From the human T2T-CHM13v2.0 reference genome, Homo sapiens, in NCBI RefSeq assembly GCF_009914755.1, contig NC_060932.1: a stretch of 64,000 nt of DNA; one strand, written 5' to 3'. Below the pieces are notes generated by a model. That model ran no database searches. It was not told where the DNA came from and saw only the letters and a list, made by a program, of their open reading frames with translations. A program made the position numbers and the translations under genes. Shown piece by piece: positions 1 through 10,700 of the stretch (its first letter is position 1; the number at the start of each line of letters is the position of its first letter).

Positions 1-1829
1 AGGTAGTGCGGGAAGAGCACGGCCGTGTCCACCACGGTGCTGTGGATGAGCTTCAGGGCCAGCAGGTCGCTCTCCAGGCTGTGCCCGATGAGGATGGTTT
101 GGGCGCTGAAAAAGCTCAGCAGGATGGCTTGGACTTGGGGCAACGTGATGCTCGTCTTGGCGACGTCGGCCTCGGTGACTCCGGAAAACCTGGTGTTGTA
201 GTCCACGATCTCGTTGTCGGGCTTGACGAAGGTGTCGTACACCACTCGCATGTCGGCGTCCACCACGGTGACGCGGGTCAGCTCTAGGCCATGCGTGGTG
301 TAGCACATCTCACAGTCCAAGGCGTAGATTCCTGGATAAGCGTCTCTGGACAACTCTTTCTTGAAGGTCTCCACGAAGCCATCGAGGCTCTCCTTGCGGC
401 CGTCCCGCACGTGCTGCTTTGCCACCTGGCAGCCCACAGAGCCAGGAGCAGCTGCACAGCAGGTGTACTGGCTAACCCGGCCTCCAGCCACCTGGCTCGA
501 GCGGACCCGCCCCCAGTGATAATAACACAACTGGTCGCGTACACAGCGGCCCGAGGAGGACACCAGGTACTCGGTGCCACAACGGCAGCAGACCCTGCAG
601 GAGGAGTCGCCGGGCCCCTTCCCCTGGCCAGTGAAGAGGACGGCGCCTCCGGGCCGCTCGGGGTGCGGGAAGGGGTAGCCGTTCTCCTTGAGCTGGTCCT
701 GGGTGAGCAGGAACTCCTGGAGGCGGCTGTACAGGGCGGCCCTGCTGAGGCCGGGCATGGAGCTGGGGGTCAGGCCCTTCAGTCTCTTGAGGGTGTTCAG
801 GACCACGTTCAGGTACCTGTTCTTGTTGGGGCTGCAGTCGTAGGCCACCTTCTCCTCGTTCAGCGCCTTCTCCTCGGCCTCCTGCTTGGAGGCGCAGAAC
901 TTGAGACACTCTTCGGTGAACAGTTGGAGATAGCCTCGGCGGAGGACGGTGGGGACTTGGCACCCAGAGCTTCGGAGGATAATGGGTTTCTTCAAACTCA
1001 AACTCGGTAAGGATGCACGACGGACGATTCGCTTAGAGCTGGTGGTGGCGGTGGTCTTGCATGCCATCCCTGACCTGTTGCGCGTCTTCCCTGGCTGTCT
1101 GCCGACCTTGGAGCCACGGGAGCGTTGGCTGCTGCTGGCCACCCGGGTTCTCTTGGCATCTGTGTAACCTGTGACCAAGCAAGGGCTGGAAGAGTGGGCG
1201 ATCGTCTTCCTCTTCCTGGGGGCTGAGATGCGGACTCCCGAGGGCCTCTCTGTCAGCCTTGGGGCGGCTGGCAAGCGGCAGGCCGATCCCCTCTGCGCAG
1301 GGAAGTAGCACGACTCCGTCACCATCTTGGGCCACGCTGGGGGCACCGCCGGACCCCTGTTCTGGGGCTCCGCCTGGATGTCCACAAATGCTGAGGCCTG
1401 CTTGTGCATCTGGGGCACCCAGAGCCCGAAGCTCTGGGCAGGCTGATGAGAGGGCAGTGGGAATTCTGGAGCCTCGAGGGCCGCCTCCTCGGCCACCTTC
1501 TTAGCTTCTGGGTATCCAGGTGGGAACCAGCAGGGAGCTGTGGCTCGCAACATCTTGCTGCCTTCGGGAGCACCGGCCGGGCTCTGCTCCGCTCCCAAAT
1601 GGCGGCTTGCCTCCGGGGCCGCCTCCTTGGCCACCTTCTTAGCTTCTGGGTATCCAGGGCGGAACCAGCAGGGAGCTGTGGCTCGCAACATCTTGCTGCC
1701 TTCGGGAGCACCGGCCTGGCTCTGCTCCCCTCCCAAATGGCGGCTTGCCTCCAGGGCCGCCTCCTCGGCCACCTTCTTAGCTTCTGGGTATCCAGGGGGG
1801 AACCAGCAGGGAGCTGTGGCTCGCAACAT
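1..1829 (-). CDS. REXO1L1: REXO1-like exonuclease GOR, copy 1 (3' end runs off the window start)
   Basis: ATG at 1829 (plus-strand cat 1827-1829); same sequence as the complete copies. Individual paralog name cannot be assigned. Confidence 0.85.
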   Translation of the reverse strand, partial: MLRATAPCWFPPGYPEAKKVAEEAALEASRHLGGEQSQAGAPEGSKMLRATAPCWFRPGYPEAKKVAKEAAPEASRHLGAEQSPAGAPEGSKMLRATAPCWFPPGYPEAKKVAEEAALEAPEFPLPSHQPAQSFGLWVPQMHKQASAFVDIQAEPQNRGPAVPPAWPKMVTESCYFPAQRGSACRLPAAPRLTERPSGVRISAPRKRKTIAHSSSPCLVTGYTDAKRTRVASSSQRSRGSKVGRQPGKTRNRSGMACKTTATTSSKRIVRRASLPSLSLKKPIILRSSGCQVPTVLRRGYLQLFTEECLKFCASKQEAEEKALNEEKVAYDCSPNKNRYLNVVLNTLKRLKGLTPSSMPGLSRAALYSRLQEFLLTQDQLKENGYPFPHPERPGGAVLFTGQGKGPGDSSCRVCCRCGTEYLVSSSGRCVRDQLCYYHWGRVRSSQVAGGRVSQYTCCAAAPGSVGCQVAKQHVRDGRKESLDGFVETFKKELSRDAYPGIYALDCEMCYTTHGLELTRVTVVDADMRVVYDTFVKPDNEIVDYNTRFSGVTEADVAKTSITLPQVQAILLSFFSAQTILIGHSLESDLLALKLIHSTVVDTAVLFPHY

Positions 1830-1884
1830 CTTGCTGCCTTCGGGAGCACCGGCCTGGCTCTGCTCCTCTCCCAACTGGCGGCTT
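1471..1884 (-). repeat. 3 x 138-bp in-frame tandem repeat spanning 5'UTR and N-terminus (46-aa unit); same in every copy (e.g. 13663-14076)
   Basis: ATG-containing unit recurs at 1829, 1691 and 1553; [25 protein letters not shown] occurs three times. Confidence 0.95.
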
Positions 1885-1885
1885 C

Positions 1886-1980
1886 AATGAGTGCTGCGGC
1901 CGCCACTTGTCGCCTTTATATAGGCACAGGGCAGACTGGGTGGGACTTCTCCTTGATAGGTTGGTGCTTCAGTCCAATCA
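1886..1980 (-). promoter_or_regulatory. Core promoter of the retrogene: TATA box, Inr-like site, CCAAT box
   Basis: Minus-strand TATATAAA at 1922-1915; GCACTCATT Inr-like sequence ~30 nt downstream (1894-1886); CCAATCA at 1974-1980. TATA copies at 14107-14114, 26300-26307, 38494-38501, 50688-50695, 62880-62887. Confidence 0.7.
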
Positions 1981-2156
1981 CACTGAGCCTCATCTTCCAC
2001 CAGACTCCAGCTTGGGAATGCCTCAGGGGGTGCGCTAATGGAATCAACTGGAACTCCCGGTTGCTAAACTTGGAGCTAGGTTGCTTTTCCTGAGTTAAGT
2101 AACTGTCCCTGCAGGGCAGTCCTATAATGGCTACTGGAATTGGGCTACCTAGGATT

Positions 2157-2225
2157 AAATTAAGGTTCAGGGAGGTTGGTCAACTTGCTTGGGCCCACAC
2201 AGCACCCCTTGGAGCCAGGACTGGG
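2157..2225 (-). mobile_element. MIR SINE fragment (each unit)
   Basis: aaggttcagggaggttggtcaacttgcttgggcccacacagc resembles the MIR core gaggctcagagaggttaagtaacttgcccaaggtcacacagc. Confidence 0.5.
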
Positions 2226-2367
2226 CCAGCAGTCTGCTGCATGCTGGAGGGCGGGATCCCTCTGGGGCTGCCTTTCCCTGCTCTGTGCACTCCGCCGCTG
2301 CGGGCAAATTGAGGACAGGAAGCGGACCGCACCCACTTCTCTCCCAGGACTTGGGCAATGTTCAACA

Positions 2368-3255
2368 CAGGTGGTCTTCCAAAGGTTCATAGAAAATGCA
2401 CATGGTGAAGAAACTATGCATGGATTTCCACTGGTTTGCACTAAAATAAACTTGTCCTAACTTCTGATAACCTTTCTGAACTAGATCTAGTTTGAGGCAC
2501 TAAGAAGGATGAGACATCCACTGAAAAGGACTCCCATCAGAGCAACATGAATTCCACGAAAATTGCAGCAAGAGGAAACATCAAATTTATGGTGAAGCTT
2601 GGGTGGAAGATTGAAGAAATCATTGACGTTTTAAGAAAAGCTTGTAAGGACACTACCCCGAAGAAATGAACTCTTTACGAATGTATAGCTTGTTTCAAGA
2701 AGAGGTGAGAAGATGTGGAAGATGAATCCTGCAGTGGCTGTGAAAACCACTGTGCCCAGATCAGCTGCAGTTACGACGAGAGCTGTCAGTGGAAATTTTA
2801 AACAGGAGGGATCACCATCCTGACGCATCCCTCTGACAAATTGTAAGCGGAAGTTGGAACATGGCTTCACCAATATGATCTCCAAGGCAAAGCATCATGA
2901 AAGCGATGGCTACCAAGAGGTGGCAGTGGTCCAGTCAAAGGAAAAGGAGGCCAGTCAGGAGCCCACATCATGACATCAGTGTTTTGGGACACTCAAGGCA
3001 TTTTGCTTGTTGACTTTCTGAAAGGCCAAACATCTGCTTATTAGGAGAGTGTTCTGAGAAGCTTAGATAAAGCTTTGGTAGAAACATGCTGGGAAAGTCT
3101 CACTAGATCCTTGTTCACCACATCAATGCTCTGCTCATTCCTCTCATCAAACAAGGGCAATTTTGTCAGTTTCAATGGGCAGTCCTTAGGAATTCACCTT
3201 ACGGGCTGCTTTCATTCCTTCTAAATTCTTTTTGTTTCCTAATGATAAAAAGTCT
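2368..3255 (+). mobile_element. Hsmar2 mariner DNA transposon fragment (5' TIR plus decayed transposase; internally deleted, 3'-truncated), unit 1
   Basis: TIR-like ggtcttccaaaggttcatagaaaatgc; ATG 2547 reads MNSTKIAARGNIKFMVKLGWK...; later WLPRGGSGPVK and SVFWDTQGILLVDFL; in-frame stops. Confidence 0.85.
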
Positions 3256-3314
3256 CCTTGCCTTGCTTGGAAAGATGAGAGAAAGTCTCCTTGCCTTGTT
3301 TGGACAGATGAGAG
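3249..3314 (+). repeat. 2 x 33-bp direct repeat at the Hsmar2 truncation point (each unit)
   Basis: aaagtctccttgccttg(c/t)ttgga(a/c)agatgagag at 3249 and 3282. Confidence 0.85.
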
Positions 3315-5694
3315 ATGAGATCCTCCTCTTCTCTCCCAGGACAGAATGGTGAGACTTGAGTTTCCTTTCTCCTCACTCTTCTCCTCCTTGAGGGAGCTGC
3401 TGTGCCGGACAGACCTGCCCCCGTGTCTAGACACTGGTAGACTCGTTTAAGTTCCTCACAGGCAATCCTCCATGGGGTCAAAGTGGAAGGACTTATTTCT
3501 TCAGGGCTCAGTAGTCCACATCCTGGCGCGCACCTTCACCAGCCCAGGGCGGGGTAGAGGAGGGTGAAAGGGCGTGGCTCAGAGCCCGCTTCTTCCGCTC
3601 GGGCGTATCCTGGGAGGAACCCTTGTCCGGTGAGCATGTCTTCGTCTCTACCAAATTCCCTAGTGGGACATTTCTGGCAGCCCTACTTGTTCAGCAGCTT
3701 ACGGGGGTCAGGTGGACCTCTGCTAGTCACCAGCCTGAAGCCCTTTCTCCATTTCAGCTATTTTGGCAGTTGCCTAGGTGACTTTTGAACCTCATTATCC
3801 AGAACAGCAAACGGACGAGGGGTGAGAAGAGTGGCCGTCTGGGTTTGCAGCATAGTGCTGCCTTCTAGGAGTTGTGCAGTCTTCGATTGTGTGAAACTTC
3901 ACCTGGCTGATTTGTGGCAATGCCTCCACAAATTCGCTAAATTCAGTAGCTTTTGCCTTCCAAGATTCATTTACACAATGTTGAATGCTTTAAATGAATG
4001 AGCATGAAGAGTGCTGGGCTGGAAAGTGATGAGATGGGTGGTAGGGACTCCTCGGAGTAGAGGAGTAGAGTTTTACTATTATGACTAGGAGGCAAATAAA
4101 AAGAAGCTGAACGTGATCCATAATAAAAGAAGCACACACTCACAGAGCTCCATACCAACTACATTAAAATGGAAATCATGATATTTGGAAATACAACTTA
4201 ATTGGAAATCATTAAGTAATCTCATCAACCTTTTTACAGTGGGTGGCAGGGCTATGGAGGGAAAACAGCAATGGTTCTGGCACCTACTTAACTTGATTCC
4301 ATTAAATTCACCCAACAGGCCTCCAGAGAAGATATTACTGCTTTGATATTACAAAGGGAAAAACAGCTATGGCGTCTCTGAAAAGCACAACGTGCTAGGA
4401 CTGGAATGACTTTAAAACCACACATAAATTTCTGAGAGATTTTTGCCATAAGGTACCGTCCACCTTACTGTAAACCACATCCTAAAATTGTCTGCAGTGC
4501 AAATGGATTATGTGCATCCAACAGGAAACAGCATAGGTTGAGAAGCTGTTACTTAATAGCTTCATTGTCACCACGAGTGTAAAGTGTGGGGTCTCATCAC
4601 TTTTGCACCCACGTTTTGCCTGTTGGTTTCTCCACACTGTCAGGAGCATTTGACCAACTCACTGTGGCTCAGGGTCCCTTACGCAGCCTGTTGGGGAAAC
4701 CAGTGGGTATTGAAGACCTGCCTCTGGTGTGCCAGGAGGTTGTGCCTGCCGGCCACTCTGACTTGCGATCTTCCGCCTCAGTGTATGGCTTCCTACACCT
4801 GGGTAATTAACATTGCCAGCATGATAAGGAGGTCCTTTCATCACTATTGCCACTAGTCCTTCCGACTCCTGTGCCCTGTTTCTCCTTTATTGGAACCCAA
4901 GAACGAGTAAACATAGCATTTTCAAACATCCCGCCCCCTTCACTGGTAACACCAATATTCCACCATCCTAATTCCCTCACAAGCATTCAGTCTCTCCACC
5001 CTGAGGTGGTGAAATCCCTGCAGGCATTTATAAGTATACCTGGACAGAAGAAATACAAGATACCGTTCTATTAACTCAATATAGTGTTGCTAAGTTCGTA
5101 CTTGTGCTTGGTTTATTTTATTTTATAAATAGGTATCACTCGCATGGTTCCAAATGCGGTAGGCACAGAGAGTATATATGATGGAATTACATCCTCCTTC
5201 CCTGCACTCAGCAACCGAGATCATCCCGCTACGGGCACTCAAAGGTTTCATTGTCTGAAATATCAGCCTAAACGTAGTTTATGTTTAGGAAGCAACAACC
5301 GTAAATAGGCCCACATCCAAACGGAGTGGATTTAGGTTTCACTTTTTCAAGGAAAAACCATCAAAGAATTTTTCCACATACTTATAAACCATCCCACGTA
5401 TAGAATCCATTTTTACTGACACAAATTTAGTACCAATAAACGACTCTTCTTCTCAATTTGTTTTATTTAACAATAAGTCTTGAACGTCATTCCCAGTTAA
5501 CATTTTGAAGAGTTTCCTCTCTTTCGTTCTGTTTTAGCTGCAAAGTATTCTTCCGTAAGGATGAACGTACTATAATTTATTAGCCAGCCACTTAGTGATG
5601 TACAATTAAACAGTTTTAAATCTTTGACTCTTGAAAATATTGTTTCTCACACATAAATATTTCTATAAAATAAATTAATTGAATTAGAATTGTT

Positions 5695-5907
5695 GGAGTT
5701 CAAGACCAGCCTGGCCAACATGGTGAAACCCCATCTCTACTAGAAACACAAAATTAGCCGGACATGCCGGTACATGCCTCTAATCTCAGGTGAGGCAGGA
5801 GAATCACTTCAACCTGGGAGGCAGAGGTTGTAGTGACTCGAAATCACGCCACTGCACTCCAGCCTGGGCGACGCGAGCGAAACTCTGTCTCAAAAAACCA
5901 AAAAAAA
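5695..5907 (+). mobile_element. 5'-truncated Alu (AluS-like), unit 1
   Basis: ggagttcaagaccagcctggccaacatggtgaaacccc...cactgcactccagcctgggcgac...ctgtctc plus A tail. Confidence 0.9.
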
Positions 5908-5914
5908 TTAAACA

Positions 5915-6760
5915 TAAAAAGAAAAGCGGTACATATACCCAATAGAACACAATTCAGCCTTAAAAAAGAAAGAAATCATCTCATTGGCAACACGAATGAG
6001 CCTAGAGGATGGTACACTGAGTGAAAGAAAGCAAAGGCCAGGCACGGTGGCTCATGCCTGTAATCCCAGTACTTTGGGAGGCCAAGGCAGGTGGAAGCGT
6101 TGAGCCCAGGAGTTGGAGATGAACCTGGGCAACATGGTGAAACCCCATCTCTAAAAGAAACACAAAAATTAGCCAAGTGTGGCGTTGGACGCCTGTAGTC
6201 CTAGCTATTCAGGAGGCTGAAGCGGGAGGAACTCTCGACCCCGGGAGGTGGAGGCCGTGGTGAGTGAGCCGTGTTTGTGTCACTGTACTCCAGCCTGGGT
6301 GACAGACTGAGACCCTGTCTCAAAAAATAAATAATTACATAATAAAGATTTAAAAAGCAAGCACAAAAAGACAAATACTGCATGATCTCACTTATATGTG
6401 CAATCTCAAACAATGCAACTCATAGCTGTAGAGAGCAGAACGGTGGTTACCCGAGGCAGGGGTCAGGGAGGGACTGGAGAGATGATAGTCTCATGATACA
6501 AAATTTCAGAGAGGAATGGTTCTAGAGATCTATTGAACAGCCTGGCATCTACAGTGTATAAGTATGTATTGTATACTTGAAAATTGCTATAAGAGTAGAT
6601 TTTAGACATGTCCTCATCACATTAAAATCAGTATGTGAGGAAACGAGTGTGTTAATTAGCTTGATTTTGTCATTCCACAATGTATACACGTATGAAACAT
6701 CATGTTGTATGCCATAAATATATATAATTTTTATTTGTCAAGTTAAAATTAAAATTCATA
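5915..6760 (+). mobile_element. Old L1 (L1M-type) 3' end, interrupted by the Alu at 6036-6346 (each unit)
   Basis: ORF2 C-terminal-like ttcagccttaaaaaagaaagaaatc and gacaaatactgcatgatctcacttatatgtg; 3'UTR motifs gtattgtatacttgaaaattgcta and ttaattagcttgattt. Confidence 0.8.
6036..6346 (+). mobile_element. Full-length Alu (AluJ-like), unit 1
   Basis: ggccaggcacggtggctcatgcctgtaatcccag...ttgagcccaggagtt...gaccctgtctc plus A-rich tail; aaagcaa on both flanks may be a TSD. Confidence 0.9.
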
Positions 6761-6965
6761 TAAATTATAAAAATAAAATGAAATAACATACACTACAAAA
6801 GACGTTTATTTATTAAATCCCCACAGAAGGGGTCTAAGTGATAAAGGAAAATAAAATTCCGGGAACGGTAAAATCAATCAGAAATGCCCTACTTCAGTGC
6901 TTTCCGAAATTTGTCTGACAGAGTGGAAATCCAGTTTTTCACTAAGTCACTGTTCTGGAACAGTT

Positions 6966-7088
6966 TGTGTGTGTGTATGTATGTGTGTGAGGGCTCACAT
7001 ACACAAATTGAACTAATGGAAGTGTAAGCATTCAAATTATCAGTTTAATTTAGTTCTATACATATACACACACACACACTCACACACC
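6966..7088. repeat. Short imperfect (TG)n and (CA)n microsatellites (each unit)
   Basis: tgtgtgtgtgtatgtatgtgtgtg at 6966 and tacacacacacacactcacacac near 7065. Confidence 0.8.
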
Positions 7089-7304
7089 GAAAACATTGAT
7101 AAAATCAGCCATTCCAGCAAAACTAGCTACTTAGTGTCTATCTCTCCTTGAAGATTCAAACTAGAAATGAGGATTTAGAGAGGCATGATGGTTCGTTCTC
7201 TCTTGGAGCCCAGTTCGAAGTTGACTGACTGATTCAGTCATTGTAATTGGTTGGTCTTGGGGAAGAATCCACTTTGACTCTTGGGAAGTCAGCTAGGTCA
7301 GCGG

Positions 7305-7620
7305 ACAGAGCAGGGGCTCTGGAGCCAGACTGCCTGCACCCGACTTCTAGCTATGATACCTTGGATAAACTACTTATCACCTGGGCTTCAGGTTCCTCAT
7401 CTGTAAAATGGGGATAAGAATGCTATCTCTCTCACAACTATTAGGAGGACTGACTGGGTTAATACGTGCAAAGTACCGAGTACATAAGAAACCAACAGCC
7501 AGTGCTCATTACAATCATTATTATTTTGGGCAAGTTAAGCCGCATGGTTTCTTTAGGTATAAAATTAGGCTTTATTTACCTACCTGTTGGGTTGTTCCAA
7601 GGATTAATCACATAGTGTTC
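7305..7620 (+). mobile_element. MIR SINE(s) (each unit)
   Basis: ctctggagccagactgcctg...ttcctcatctgtaaaatggggataa is the MIR core; a second degenerate piece starts at ttgggcaagtta. Confidence 0.8.
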
Positions 7621-7657
7621 ATGAATTCCCTTTATAAACTATTATAGAAAAGAAATA

Positions 7658-7755
7658 TAGTTAACATTAATTGAACACCTACTATGCGCGATCGTTTTAA
7701 GGCTTGCCATGTGCTGCTTCATTCAGTCCGCACCATGACATTAGGATCACACTTT
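7658..7755 (-). mobile_element. MIR, left part; split by the L1PA insertion and continuing at 11430-11552
   Basis: tagttaacattaattgaacacctactatg on the left of the L1; ctagtaagtggtggaatttggccttgaacccagatctgtaactccagagcc on the right. Confidence 0.65.
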
Positions 7756-10700
7756 CGTTTTCCATTTTTTTTTAAATTATACTTTAATTACTAGGGTACA
7801 TGTGCACAACGTGCAGGTTTATTACGTATGTAAGCACGTGCCATGTTGGTGTGCTGCACCCATTCACTAGTCATTTACATTAGGTATATCTCTTAATGTT
7901 ATCCCTCCCCCTCCCCCCGCCCATGACAGGCCCCGGTGTGTGATGTTCCCCTTTCTGCGTCCAAGTGTTCTCCTAGTTCAATTCCCACCTATGAGTGGGA
8001 TCACGCGGTGTTTGGTTTTTTTGTCCTTGCGATAGTTTGCTAAGAATGATGGTTTCCAGCTTCATCCGTGTCCCTCCGAAGGGCATGAACACATGCTTTT
8101 TTATGGCTGCATAGTATTCCACGGTGTATTTGTGCCACGTTTCCTTAATCCAGTCTATCATTGATGGACATCTGGGCTGGTTCCAAGTCTTTGCTACTGT
8201 GAACGGTGCCGCAATAAACATACGTCTGCGTGTGTCCTTTTAGCAGCATGATTTATAGTCCTATGGGTGTATACCCAGTAATGGGACGGCTGGGTCAAAT
8301 GGTATTTCTAATTCTAGATCCTTGAGGATTCGCCACACTATCTTCCACAACCGCTGAACTGGTTTACAGTCCCACCAGCAGTGTAAAAGTGTCCCTATTA
8401 CTCCACTACCTCTCCAGCACCTGTTGTTTCCTGACTTTTTTATTGATCGCTATTGTAACTGGTGTGAGACGATATCTCTTTGCGGATTTGATTTGCATTT
8501 CTCTGATGACCAGTGTTGATGAGCATTTTTTCATGTGTCTGTTGGCTGCATAAATGTCTTCTTTTTAGAAGTGTCTCTTCATATCCTTCCCGCACTTGTT
8601 GATGGGGTTGTTTGGTTTTTCTTGTAACTCTGTTTGAGTTCTTAGTAGATTCTGGATATTAGCCCTTTGTCAGATGAGTAGATTGCAAAAATTTTCTCCC
8701 TTTCTGTAGCATGCCTGTTCACTCTGATGGGAGTTTCTTTAGCTGTGCAGAAACTCTTTAGTGTAATTAGATGCCGTTTGTCAATATTGGCTTTTGTTGC
8801 CTTTGCTTTTGGCGTTTTAGACATGAGGTCCTTGCCCATGCCTATGTCCTGAATGGTATTGCCTAGGTTTTCTCCTAGGGTTTGTATGGCTTAAGATGTA
8901 ACATTTAAGTCTTTCATCCGTCTTGAATAAACTTTTGTATAAGGTGTAAGGAAGGGATCCAATTTCACCTTCGGACATATGGCTAGCCAGTTTTCCCAGC
9001 ACCATTTATTAAATAGGGAATCCTTTCCCCATTTCTTGTTTTTGTCAGGTTTGTCAAAGATCCGACGGTTGTAGATGTGTCGTATTATTTCTGAGGGCTC
9101 TATTCTGTTCCATTGGTCTACAGTAACCAAAAAAAGGCAACCAACAGCATGCTGTTTGGTTACTGTAGGCTTGTAGTGTAGTTTGAAGTCGGGTAGCTTG
9201 ATGCCTCCACCTTTGTTCTTTTGGCTTAGGATTATCTTGGCAGTGGGGGCCCTTTTGTGGTTCCATGTAAACTTTCAAGTAGTTTTTTCCAATTCTGTGA
9301 AGAAAGTCCTTGGTAGCTTGATGGGGATGGCATTGGATCTATAATATACCTTGGGCAGTGTGGCCATTTTCACGATACTGATTCTTCCTAACCGTGAGCA
9401 TGGAATATTCTTCCATTGGTTTGTGTCCTCTTTTATTTCGTGGAGCAGTGATTTGTAGTTCTCCTTGAAGAGGTCCTTCGCACATCGCATCCCTTGTTAG
9501 TTGGATTCCTCAGAATTTTATTCTCTTTGAAGCAATTGTGAATGGGAGCTCAGTCATGATTTGGCTCTCTGTTTGCCTGTTATTGGTGTATGAGAATGCT
9601 TGTGTGTTTTGCACATCGATTTTGTATCCTGAGACTTTGCTGAAGTTGCTTATCAGCTTAAGGAGATTTTGGGCTGAGACGATGGGGTTTTCTAAATATT
9701 CAATCATGTCATCTACAAACAGGGACAATTTGACTTCCTCTTTTCCTAATTGATTACTCTTTATTTCTTTCTCCTGCCTGATTGCCCTGGCCAGAAGTTC
9801 CAACACTATGTTGAATACGAGTGGTGAGAGAGGGCACCCCTGTCTTGTGGCAGTTTGCAAAGGGAATGCTTCCACTTTTTGCCCATTCAGTATGATATTG
9901 GCTGTGGGTTTGCCCTAAATAGCCCTTATTATTTTGAGGTATGTCCCATCAGTACCTAATTTATTGAGAGTTTTTGGCATGAAAGGCTGTTGGATTTTGT
10001 CAAAGGCCTTTTCTGCATCTGTTGAGATAATCACGCGGTTTCTGTCTTTGGTTCCGATTATATGCTGGATTATGTTTATTGATTTGCATATGTTGGACCA
10101 GCCTTGCATGTCAGGGATGAAGCCCACTTGATCATAATGGATAAGCTCTTTGATGTGCTGCTGGATTCGGTTTGCCAGCATTTTATGGAGGATTTTTCCA
10201 TCGGTGTTCCTCAGGGATATGGGCCGAAAATTCTCTTTGTTGGTTGTGTCTCTCTCAGCCTTTGGGATCAGGATGATGCTGGCCTCATAAAATGAGATAG
10301 GGAGGATTCCCTCTTTTTCTGTTGATTGGAATAGTTTCCGAAGGAATGGTACCAGCTCCTCCTTGTACTTCTGGTAGAATTCGGCTGTGAATCCGTCTGG
10401 TCCTGGAGTTTTATTGCTTGATAGGCTATTAATTATTGCCTCAATTTCAGAGCCTGTTATTGGTCTATTCAGGCATTCAACTTCTTCCTGGTTTACTCTG
10501 GGGAGGTTGCATGTGTCCAGGAATTTATTCATTTCTTCTAGATTTCCGAGTTTGTTTGCCTAGAGGTGTTGACAGTATTCTCTCATGGTAGTTTGTACTT
10601 CTGTGGGATCAGTGGTGATATCCCCTTTATCATTTTTTATTGCATCTGCTTGATTCTTCTTCCTTTCATTCTTTAATAGTCTTGCTAGTGGTCTATCAAT

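Noticed and set aside
1471-1884. CRISPR-like repeat array
   Set aside because: Contiguous coding tandem repeats with no unique spacers, in eukaryotic context.
291-2093. Long plus-strand and alternate-frame ORFs overlapping the gene (239, 229, 195, 163 aa)
   Set aside because: Shadow ORFs of a GC-rich, repeat-containing CDS with no recognisable domains; the 229-aa one is broken by a stop in units 3 and 4.
2547-3255. Domesticated mariner transposase
   Set aside because: In-frame stops, an internal deletion and a missing 3' end.
3340-3348. Possible 9-nt micro-exon (polypyrimidine-CAG|GACAGAATG|GTGAGA)
   Set aside because: Such motifs arise by chance in CT-rich sequence; no host transcript is evident.
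4584-5074. Cluster of 64-90-aa ORFs in the non-repeat spacer
   Set aside because: Short, overlapping, mostly non-ATG starts with no recognisable homology; recurrence reflects only the array.
6966-7088. Inverted (TG)n/(CA)n pair as a structured RNA
   Set aside because: Complementarity is explained by two low-complexity microsatellites; no other support.
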